64,000 bases of DNA, from NCBI GenBank assembly GCA_010909165.1, contig MU008155.1, positions 372,001 to 436,000 of the forward strand, in the 5' to 3' direction. The notes beneath the pieces are model-generated. The model was not told the DNA's origin, ran no database searches, and worked only from the letters and a program-made list of their open reading frames with translations. Made by a program: the position numbers and the translations under genes. How positions within the stretch are numbered: position 1 is the first letter of the stretch; each line of letters begins with the position of its first letter. This DNA comes from Anthoceros angustus (taxonomy: Eukaryota; Plantae; Anthocerotophyta). This document shows, in pieces, positions 1 to 10,038 of this stretch.

Positions 1-2125
1 GCCAAAATGAGGCCCGCCTCCTCCATTTGTCCATACACAACAAGCGCCTCTTGGCCGAGTCCTTGCTGTGCATACCCAGCAATCAGGGCGGTCCATGTCA
101 CCACATCCTTTGTTCATGCTGTCAAAAACCTGGCGTGCATCTTCCAGTTCACCACATTTTGCATACATGTCCACCAGGCAGTTGCCCAACACTACGTTAT
201 CCAGCAGTCCTCTTTCAACAATCTGTGAGTGCAGCTGCCTGCCCTTCTGTAAGGCACCAGTGCTTGCACAGGCCTTCAGAAGGCAAGCAACAGTAACATT
301 GTCAGCCAATATGAGGCCCGCCTCCTCCATTTGTCCATACACAACAAGCGCCTCTTCACCAAGTCCTCGCTGTGCATACCCAGAAATAAGGGCGGTCCAT
401 GTCACCACATCCTTTGTGTACATGCTGTCAAAAACCTGGCGTGCGTCTTCCAGTTCACCACATTTTGCATACATGTCCACAAGGCAGTTGCCCACCACAA
501 CGTTACCCAGCAGTTCTCGTTCAACAATCTGTGAGTGCAGCTGTCTGCCCTTCTGTAAGGCACCAGTGCTTGCACAGGCCTTCAGAAGGAAAGCATAAGT
601 AACATGGTTAGCCAATATCAGCCCCTCTTGCTCCATTTGTCCATAAACAACAAGTGCCTCATGTCCGAGCCCTTGCTGGGAATACCCAGAAATCAGCACC
701 GTCCATGTCACCACATCCCTTGTGCCCAGGCTGTCAAAAACCAGGCGTGCATCTTTCAGTTCACCACATCTTGCATACATGTCCACCAGGCAGTTGCCAA
801 CAAACACGTTAGAAGGAATGCCACTCTGCACCACATCACAGTGCACTTTTCTGCCAGATTCCAAGTCGGCGGCTAATGCACAAGCTTGGAGGGCAGCCAC
901 AAAGACGTGAGCATCCGCCTTCACTCCTGACCTACACATCTCATGGTACAGTTGTACGGCCTCAGTAGGTTTCCCATGCTTAGCATGCGAGATTATGGAG
1001 ACCACATGAAGGCATCTGGTTTGCCACCCTGGTGAACACATCCATGGCCTCCTCTAGCCTACCTCCACATGCATACATGCGCAAGATATGGTTCCCCAAG
1101 TATGCATTCGACTCGTACCCAAGTTTGACAGTGAGATCATGAACTCGTCGCCCCACAACCAGATCCTTCTTAACTGTACACAGTTTCAGCACAGTACAAA
1201 ACAGAGAATGGGAAAGAGCAGAGTCTGTCTGCGCCAAAGATTCCAGGGCTCCAACGGCCTCAGAAAGCTTCCCCTGCTGACATAACGTGCTCACAGTTAC
1301 ACCTGTAACGACCCCCATTTCCGATCCTGCGCCCCTGCCAGGTTCAGGATTCTCCGGAAACCTGGACTCGGAAGGAGAGGCTCCATGACCCATCTGCACA
1401 TCCAAGGAAACGAGCTGCTCATCAACCCAAGCGGGCTTAAACATGTTGTTTAACCACAGGGCCTCGCCGGACCCCTTACGCCGGAAGTCAGGCGAACGGG
1501 AGCTCTTCTTATCTCGTCTGTTGTCCCACCACATGGTAGGGTCCAGAAAAAATTGTTGCCACAATCGCTCCTGCTCCTGGCAACGGCCATCGTTGGATAA
1601 CCCGTCCCCACCCACACATTTTCTCGAAAGTGGAAGTGCAGGGCTCCTTACACTGCTACACCTGGAGCCCATTTCCGATTGTGCTCGCCTCCCAGATTCA
1701 GGACTATCCGGAGAGCTCGACTTGGAAGGCGAGGCACCATGACCCATCTGCATATCCAAGGAAACGAGCTGCTCATCAACCCAAGCGGGCTTAAACATGT
1801 TGTTTAACAACAGCACCTCGCCGGACCCCTTACGCTGGAATTCACGGGAGCCCTTCGTATCACGTCTGTTGTCCCACCACATGCTAGGATCCAGACAAAA
1901 TTGTTGCCTCCAATGCTCCTGCTCCTGGCAACGACCATCGGTGAAAAACCCGTCCCCGCCCACACATTTCGTAAGTGGAAGCACTGGGCTGCACCTGGAG
2001 GCTTTGTTTGCCAGGGGCTGACTCCCTAAGGTGAGGTGAGCGGGAGCGGGAGCTCCTCGTGAAATCCCTGTACACACACCAATTTGCTGGGTCCACAACG
2101 GGTCCAGTTGCCATACTGTGGCCAT
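1..2125 (-). CDS. PLS-class pentatricopeptide repeat protein with two N-terminal OSB-type PDF motifs; 3'-incomplete (continues past window edge); frameshifts near 985-1022 and ~112 (pseudogene or assembly errors)
   Basis: ORF 980..2125 enters PPR motifs (LCQQGKLSEAV...LGNHILRMYACGGRLEEAMDVF). Frame-corrected continuation reads VFVGNCLVDMYARCGELKDARLVFDSLGTRDVVTWTVLISGYSQQG...LLKACASTGALQKGRQLHSQI with ~306-bp (102-aa) P-L-S periodicity. Confidence 0.9.
1410..1920 (-). repeat. Two tandem ~354-bp (118-aa) units each containing an OSB-like PDF motif
   Basis: LWQQFFLDPTMWWDNRRDKKSSRSPDFRRKGSGEALWLNNMFKPAWVDEQL, plus a degenerate upstream copy (WWDNRRDTKGSREFQRKGSGEVLLL); cgagctgctc anchor at 1411 and 1765. 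Confidence 0.85.
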
Positions 2126-2221
2126 CGTTCAGGGACCGCTCTCCGAAGATGAGTCTAACAACAGATTATGAGGTAGGCACTGGGCATGGCCACACCATAA
2201 CCCGGAGAGATTGGATGCAAG

Positions 2222-2380
2222 CAAGAAGAAGAAGAAGAAGTTTATTGAAGTCCACTAAGGACGGATTTCCGTTAACAACTTGTGCCATGGTATGCCTAAG
2301 CTACTTGCACCAAGGGCAAGGCCATCGCCCACACAACATGTCAATGCGACGTGGACCGAGCTGTCTACGTACATGCCCTG
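2222..2380 (-). mobile_element. Short retroposon (SINE or LINE 3' end) with AATAAA and (CTT)n tail
   Basis: Minus strand: cccttggtgcaagtagcttagg...ggaaatccgtccttagtggacttcaataaacttcttcttc; homologous copies at ~14387, ~14497, ~49733 and ~51679. Confidence 0.65.
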
Positions 2381-2501
2381 AATGAGCTAGATTTTCTCCA
2401 CAAAGTAATAAATACCAGCGGCTCCTGCCGAGGCGGAGGGTAGTGGGACCGGACTCGGCCCCGTTTCAGTTGCAACTGAGTGCGTAGTCCAGCCTCTGTT
2501 G

Positions 2502-2506
2502 AAAAA
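2502..2506 (-). terminator. Pol III oligo-T terminator of tRNA-Met
   Basis: TTTTT on the minus strand about 7 nt after the tRNA 3' end. Confidence 0.7.
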
Positions 2507-2513
2507 GACATAG

Positions 2514-2597
2514 TGGGGTGAGAGAGGCTCGAACTCTCGACCTCAGGATTTCTCGTAGCTATGAGACCTACGCGCTAGCCAACTGCGCCACCACCCC
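2514..2597 (-). tRNA. Elongator tRNA-Met(CAT) with a 10-nt intron
   Basis: GGGGTGGTGGCGCAGTTGGCTAGCGCGTAGGTCTCATA[GCTACGAGAA]ATCCTGAGGTCGAGAGTTCGAGCCTCTCTCACCCCA matches plant cytosolic tRNA-Met(e); intron at the canonical position 3' of the anticodon. Confidence 0.97.
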
Positions 2598-2959
2598 TGG
2601 GTGACCGCAGAGGTTTTCAAAACTTATTCAATAGTTTTAAATATAAACAAATGATCCTAGCTCGTAGTAGTGTCTAGCAAATGTGCCCAATATTAGGTAG
2701 TTGTTAGGAATTCCGCCTTCTAATAAATAATTTTTTTAGGCAAGTAATTAGATAAAATAAAATAACTTTTAATTGTAGACTTTGAGATAAAATGTACCAT
2801 CTAATAAACTAAATAAAATTATACCATATGTTCTAAGAGATTATGAGTACATGACATGAATGAAGATGTACATATGCACTACATGTCATGTTCACCATCG
2901 CTCACGACACCGGCTACATGGCCTGGGGGAGTAGGGGTATACTCTCCGTACATGTCGTT

Positions 2960-3404
2960 CAATCAGAGCTGACCTGTACCTTGTCCATGGCGACCAGGTT
3001 TCAGTGGCTGATGTGGTGGTTACTTATCCTACATGTGATACCATCTTCGCTCAAGTCATCACTAACCGTCAGTTGAGTCACTCGAGCGCCTCGAGGTCAT
3101 AAATATAGCAAGATGCAAGCGGGCCACCTCTTTATTCCACTTGCACTAGAAACGTATGGGGCAATGGCTGAAGACTTTGACAAATTTGTCAAGTCCTGTG
3201 CCAAAGCTTACCATGAGCGCCGACACGGTGTGGGGGCTGTCCCTCTCGTACTTCACAGCATACTTCCGACAGCGGGTTTGGGCGCTCTCAACGGCGATCC
3301 TCCACAAGGCGGCGACAGTAGGTGATGCATCTACATCCGTGGTTTGCAGGCCGTTTATTCTTCCTGCATATGACATTATGGGTGTAGTAGGTGACTTTAG
3401 GTAG
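2960..3404 (+). mobile_element. Degenerate CRE-like non-LTR retrotransposon, C-terminal restriction-like endonuclease fragment
   Basis: Frameshifted peptides IRADLYLV..VADVVVTYP...HKYSKM..LFIPLALETYGAMAEDFDKFVK...YFRQRVWALSTAILHK resemble the PD-(D/E)XK REL end of CRE-clade elements. Confidence 0.6.
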
Positions 3405-3680
3405 GAAGCTCAGTTGCTCCTCTCCATCTCGACCCCTTCAATATAAGAGAACCAATGTCACTAGTCAAGAAGGAGGATGTAGATAAAGCTACGGAGATTG
3501 CGAAGATGTATTTGATACAACGACCTCAAAACACTGTAATTATTTAAAAGTTATTAATTAATATAAAAAATCTATTTGAGAAACCTCCCTAAATAGGAGG
3601 TGTAGGGCCACTCCCAAACAATCCCAATAGCGAGGGTGGACTGTATCTTCTACTTATTTTTTGATACCTCCGTCATCCAT

Positions 3681-4741
3681 TTATGGTTCCTCAAGTGAAG
3701 GCAAAGCAACTTCAAGCTTGGGTATTAGATCTTCAATTATGCCCCTAAACGTAATGGAGTCTATGGAAGATCGATCTATAGCCCAAGCATATGTCCTACA
3801 AGTGTGCAAAATTTTTTCCCTTAAACTAGAAAAATGAAAGTAAATGAAAGCTTCAAAGTGTTTTGGTGGATTGTTCAATACGAACAACATCATTTTCAAG
3901 CTCATGAGTGAAGCCATTTCTATGAATTCTTGAACACTTTCCGTACTCCCAATATTTTTATGCTCACTTTCAATAAAGAACGGTCCTCCTGACATTATCC
4001 ATCCGTGTAAGGAACTAAGCAAACCTTCCATAGTGGCTGCTCCGGGAATGCAAATCTCCATCCCAGTATCACCCAACCATTTTGTATTGATTATGTCAAG
4101 TTTTGAGTGGGTCTTTGAATCACTTAAGGTCGTAATTCCAGGATAGTTATGATAGAAGAAAATGGAAGCATATTCCTGACAAATAGAACAAATCATAAGT
4201 TAGAGAACCGGAAGACTCAAACAAGAGTGTAACATGTCAATTTGAGAAAGTAGGAGTTATTAATGTATACCATCGGAAATTGACTCGGAAGAGCGATGTC
4301 AAAAACAAATAGCGCATAGGCAAAAGGTGTTCCAGGTAATCCCACTATTATGACTCGAAGCAAATCCATACGTCTTTTGTAAAATCGTATGAAGATATTA
4401 TTGGGTAAATTTCCCACTTTAGATAAAGAATAGAAGAGAGAAGTTCTTTGAAGAGTTTCCGTCATGTGCCCAACTCCAAATGTATGAGGTGGGTGTGGGA
4501 CTTGTACTGAGCTTGCATAAAAGTGGTCACACACATTATATACAATGTACACTTGATGTTGTTTGACATACTTTTTCAATCGTTGTCGTCTGAACTTAGC
4601 TAGCCAACAAATTATGCTTCTGTTCATTGCTAAAGGGATTGAAACAGCCTTCAAGACATTGTGAATCTCAGTGGGTAACAAACTTTCAATTTTCTCATCT
4701 TTAAACTCAACATCATTATTTGATGATTTGGTTGTCCTCAT
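3681..4741 (-). CDS. Divergent UBC23/UBC24(PHO2)/UBE2O-type E2 domain protein lacking the catalytic Cys; exons 4741-4271 and 4175-3681
   Basis: LPNNIFIRFYKRRMDLLRVIIVGLPGTPFAYALFVFDIALPSQFP and LNNPPKHFEAFIYFHF...ILHTCRTY; an in-frame GT-AG intron 4176-4270 joins the two ORFs. Confidence 0.8.
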
Positions 4742-5229
4742 TTCAAAATTAATTTGATATATAAAGACTAGAAGACAAATATCTCGATATTTACTCTCAT
4801 TTCTTCGTACAAAGATAGGCTTGAATATTTGTCAATCCTAGTCGGTGACTGTTAAGTAAATATACAAAAACTATGTCTCATTTATCTCAAAAGATTAAGT
4901 TTTTTCTTAGATGTATAATTAAATATAAAAAAATTATTACATAAGAACTCTCAAACTCCCACTCTTAAATTTACTTGAAAATATCATTAAAATCTTATCT
5001 ATAACAACCTCTACCACGATCTATCAAGGGGAGAAAGAGTGTTATCGTTATTTTGAATTTTTTTCTTTTATATATCATATAATACATCAATAATTTCATC
5101 ACCTTGTCGACGATATACAACATACTTGAAAACATGTACCACTTGCCCTCCTCGCACGAACCGATTATGAAACCAAAACGAACAACGGTTCATATCAATC
5201 TTCTCATGGGAACTAAAGCGGACAATGAT

Positions 5230-5445
5230 TCCTTTTATGGGAATTGAAGGGGACAATGGTTCTTTTCAATCCCCTCGTTGGTTCTTTTCAATCCCCTCGT
5301 TGATTCTTTTCAATCCCCTCATGGGCACCAAAGTGGACAATGGTTTGTTTCAATCCTCTCATCGGCCTAATCAAGAGCCAGTGAGCTTTTCAATCCTCTC
5401 ATTGGAATTGAAGTGAATAATGATTTTTTTCAATCCTCTTACCGC
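5230..5445. repeat. Degenerate short repeats (ttcttttcaatcccctc)
   Basis: The motif recurs about six times. Confidence 0.6.
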
Positions 5446-5454
5446 GATTATCAA

Positions 5455-6010
5455 GCTTTCCAAGGTATCTATAGCTAGACGAAAAAGGATAGTGGCTGAT
5501 CTATGAGGCATACTCGAGGACCAGGGTTTAGGGTTTAGGGTTCATGATCCATGTTGGAAACATATCAAGCTTGCCAAGGTAACCACATGCCTCGAGGATC
5601 TACTTTGGAAACATATCAAGCTTGCCGAGGTAACTACATCTAGACGAAAAAGGATGGTAGCGCTTGCAAAGGTTACCACATCTAGACGAAAAAGGATGGT
5701 AGCTTTTGCCAAGGTAACCACATCTAGACGAAATGAGGTAGCCGCATTTAGACGCAAAAAGATAGTAGCGCTTGCCAAGGTAACCACATCTAGACGAAAT
5801 GAGGTATCCACATTTAGACGAAATGGTAGCTGGTCGATGAGGCGCACTTGAGGATAGGCATTGGAAACGTAGCTAATCGAAGACTTGGACGGGCATTGGA
5901 AACGTAGCTGATCAATGAGGCACACTCCAGGACCCACTTTGGGAGGCACACTCGAGGAGAGGACCTGCTTTAGGAGGCACACTCGAGGAGCCGCTTTGGA
6001 AACATAATGG
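5455..6010. repeat. Minisatellite with ~40-65-bp degenerate units (gcttgccaaggtaaccacatctagacgaaa)
   Basis: Direct repeats visible; they generate the spurious repetitive ORFs 5542..6021 and 5654..5851. Confidence 0.8.
5523..5542 (+). repeat. Short interstitial plant telomeric motif (TTTAGGG)n
   Basis: agggtttagggtttagggtt. Confidence 0.6.
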
Positions 6011-6379
6011 ATGAAGCACACTTAGGATCCGCGTTGAAAAGAAATCAAGTAAATATAATATGAAAAAAATAACAAAAAGCATGTCACTCTCTTGCCCACT
6101 TTGGTACCCAGCCTTGGTCTACTCCCAAGGATCCGAAGTTTATATCAAATATATTGGGTTACAATTTATACATGCTTATTAATGTTTTAGATATATATGT
6201 ATCCCTTATAGATCTTCTAACATATATCTCTTTTTCTATAGACTAAAAATGGAAAGAATGGTTTTAGAGACTAATACTAATATCGCCTCAAATCTTCATG
6301 TTTTCTTTTCGTTTCTAGTTTTACAATCGGGGACCAAAATCAGGCCAAAAATAATGGTTGGAAGGAACAAACCTATGGA

Positions 6380-8972
6380 TCACCGATATTTTAGGTTGGC
6401 ATTCGACATGTGCCATACTTTGAGACTCTCGACGTTGACAGGTGTTGTTCCATTGTTGAAGAGGAAGAGATGGGATGACGATCCTGTGGCCACGGTGGGG
6501 TAGACTCTGGAGGTGATGCACGTTCTTCCTCCCTGGGCAAAGGTCTCCACCACAGAGTGGTCCACCTGCCCAGAACAACCATTTGAGCTCCTACTGCCTT
6601 ACAGTGCACGTTGTGACAGTTTCTAGGTTCTCGACTACTCAGCAAGACGCCAGTAACTAACCAACACGAGGACCAGGAGCACTTACGATTACACGTAGCG
6701 AGAGGCTGGTCTCGTTGGGCAGAATGGTCACGTAAGTGCCATAGACTGTCTTGTCAATATTGGCTGCCAACGACGATCTGCAAACAGGAAGAAAGGAAAA
6801 AGACTATTTCATAAGTTCATATCTGCTTAAGGACCAGGAAAGAGTTGCCGGCTGCTCAAGTCCTACCTGCTCTGGTCACTGCACACAAGTGTATCCCAGA
6901 CCCCATTTCCTTTGGGCGATAAGTAGAAGAAGACCCCCGTCTGCTCTGCCAGAGAATCGTCGGCAAGGACAAGAAGTCCGAATGGGCCAAACAGACCCCT
7001 CTGAGCAGATCCTCCCTGGGCACAGTCAAATGTCTCCCCTTCCCCAGCATCCACTATCCCAACGTCAGGGTAGGTGAATGTGACCTCTATGTCCAGCTGC
7101 ACATAATGTTGTCAATTAGAGCACGGTCCTGACGATGGTATTGAACAGCCAGATATTGACACGAAGTGGATACCTGAGTGCCAATGGCTCCATCTATTTC
7201 CTGGACAGCACCCGGAGCCAGATGCACCCGTTGGTGCAAAATCTGGTCACCCCGGAGTGTTTCAACTTCCTCAACTGGCCACTGTAATAGGTTGGCACCA
7301 GTGGCTTCATCCAGCAGTACAGTCCTAGGGATGACCTGGAACCATGGAGAGACGGGGTGAGAGCAGTACTTCATTGAGGAGGAAGGGAAGCAAGCAACAA
7401 TGGCAGAGAGACAGCAAGCACCTGAACGGAAGACCACCCCTTCGCGATGTCCATGTCCTCGCTGTCGGATTCATTAGCCCAGCCCCAGAGAATCCGCCGC
7501 CGCTTCACAGGGTCGAAAAACGTCTTGGAGGCGTAGAACTTTCCGTAATCGTAACGGAGGCCGAGGCCAGCATCCTTGGATGGATCGTCGGGTGTGAACG
7601 TGTGGGATTCAAGGGAGTAGGATCCGAGAGCGTAGTAGTCGTGTTTGAGGTCGTCCAAGCTCACCTTGAGCACATGCTTAGGGGCATGCCCATTGTCTGA
7701 GGTATCCAAGCCTAGAGTCGCACTGACAGGGTAGAAATCGACGCACTCCCACATCCCTGTGCCCGGCACAGAATGCAGATATTGTTCCTGCAAATCCCAC
7801 GTCTTGAAGTCGATGCTTTTGTAGACAAAGGCGAGCCCTGTGGTGCCAAGCTTGGAGCCGACGGAAATCCGCCACAGACCGTCAGGGCCCTGCCAGGCGG
7901 TCGTGGGGTCCCTGAAGTCCTTGCCATCGATTCCTGCGGGATGCTGGATGAGAGGATTCTCGGGAGCCTTAATCCATTCCCGCAGGAGAGGATCCGAAGC
8001 GTTTGCAGGCAAGGCCAGGCACTGAAGCTGCTCCCCTTCAAAGGAGGAACCGGTGTAGAGAATGACCGGCGTTCCATCACTGAGGAGCGTGGCAGAGCCG
8101 GACCACACGCCATTCAGGTCATACCACTGATCCGGCTCCAGCGCAAGATCGAGAAAGTTCCAATGGATGAGGTCCTTGGAAATGGCATGGCCCCAGGCGA
8201 TGTTACCCCACACAGCTGCGAACGGATTGTACTGGTAGAAGAAGTGGTAATATCCCTTGTAATACATCGGCCCTGCATACAGTCAGCCGAGAGTGACGAG
8301 GATGCCAGCCATGTCCTACTTCCAAGTACATGATATGCGCGTGACAAGATAAAAGCTACTGAGGTCTCGAAAACAGCGCTCGCGTCAAGACAGCTGAATC
8401 CAGCTGCCTTCTCGCAGACAAAAGAATGAAGTGTGAGATGTCCTGCAACATCCCGGTCGATGGACAGGCAGGAGGAGCGAGTGCACCTACCGTTTGGATC
8501 TGCATCAAACAAACGAACATTCAGCGCAAATGACCGACGGAAAGGGACAGACGCGAGATGAACTCCCTGAGCTGCAACCAGCTGATCACATCACTTTTAA
8601 CAATTTTTAGAACGGGGAGAATAGAGCGGCGTACCATTCATCCAGTTCTTGGCAGTTTGGAAGTGGAAGCCAGTTCGATCTGGTTGGAACAGAAAGCAAG
8701 AACAACCGAATGAGCAGAGAATTGCGCAGAGTATGAGAGTGGGTTTAGTAGGGATTGAGAGATCGGGCACCTTGAGAGGGGATGAATCCTGCCGGAGGAG
8801 GTGAAAAGTAAGCGAGCGTGACGACAACGATGGCGCAACAGAGCAGGAGCACTCCTGTGGTGACTCCGATTTTCAAGGAGGAGCATCTGGTTTGGCTGCC
8901 GTCTTCCACGACACTAATTTCCGAAGCCCCGGCTTCCACATCGCTCGGAATTAGCTTCTGCCTGAGCGCCAT
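6380..8972 (-). CDS. GH32 acid beta-fructofuranosidase, vacuolar-invertase type (multi-exon)
   Basis: N-terminal TM anchor ([22 protein letters not shown]), RTGFHFQ, WMN-DPNG, WSGSAT, FRDP, WECVD (Val = vacuolar type), [25 protein letters not shown]. Confidence 0.95.
8491..8499 (-). other. 9-nt mini-exon (ATCCAAACG) encoding DPN of the NDPNG motif
   Basis: gatgcag|ATCCAAACG|gtagg; restores the frame between the exon ending at 8635 and the exon starting at 8272. Confidence 0.93.
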
Positions 8973-10038
8973 GGCGGCTGCAGCGGGAGGAAGGTGGAGC
9001 GGGCAAGGTTCAGGCCTCCGCCATGGACGACGAAGGCGAGGAAGCAGCGGCGAGGCGAGGCGAGGCGCGGGCGGAGGCGCGGGCGCGGGGCCTTTTAACA
9101 TGAGGGAGAGGCGTGGAGGCGCATGATTGCAAAGAGGCCCTACAGCTTTATAAAGAGACGGGGGAGGGATAGAATGCACCAATAGCACGGCATCGCACAG
9201 ATGCTTGCCCACGAAGGCCGCCGGATGACCGCAAAGCGAGGAGAGAGCAGCACAGCCGCTTGCCTTCCAAGTTCCTCCGTGCTTACTGGCTGTAGTTGCC
9301 TCCAGCTTGCTGGCTGCTTTCACTTCCTGGCGCTCCACGTCGCGAAGTCGCCAAGATGTACCTACTCCGACAAAAAGGTGTAGCCTGGCTACACATACAG
9401 TACATGGCTCCTTATAACCGCCCCTCCTACATTTGATTCACCCTCATCCGAAGCTACTACCTACAAATAATATCTGCTATCTTCTCTGTGACGGATCACA
9501 TCATGGCAGAGATGGGTACATCCTGCTGAAATGACCCCCTCGCAAACAATAATCCAGACTCCCGAGTTGGGTACCTTGCCCCACCACTCTATCCTATTTA
9601 CATCTCATCCTCTTCGCTCCTCCACCCCGGTGGAACGGAGTCCAGTCGGCAACCTCAGCAGGTTTCAGGATTCTGGAGAGTTTGAAGGTCGACACGACTG
9701 AAACATTCACGACCCCAGAAACTGGATTATTAAAAACTCACTGCCGCAAGGCAAGGAGCTGTCGGGAGTTCACACAGATGAGAAAGCAGATAAATCTGCA
9801 CCTCAGACACAAGGAAAAAGCAGCAGGAAAAAGGAAACAAGAAGAAAAGACTCATGCTTTAGACCATCAGCGAACAATGTCTCAGGCGAGATAGATCGCC
9901 AGGGCAATGCCTGCGTCCTGAGTCGCTACAGGACCATCTACCACAGCAGACGAATGTCTGCTCATGCTATGAGAAGATGTCCAAGTTCCTGACACTCAGC
10001 CCGGATACGACTACAGCGACATGGAAAGATTAGACGTC

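Noticed and set aside
7-910. Plus-strand repetitive ORFs
   Set aside because: Antisense shadows of the minus-strand PPR repeats.
2400-2513. Possible tRNA-Met-snoRNA dicistron
   Set aside because: An oligo-T terminator follows the tRNA immediately, and no C/D boxes were recognised.
5523-5542. True telomere
   Set aside because: Fewer than three units and internal.
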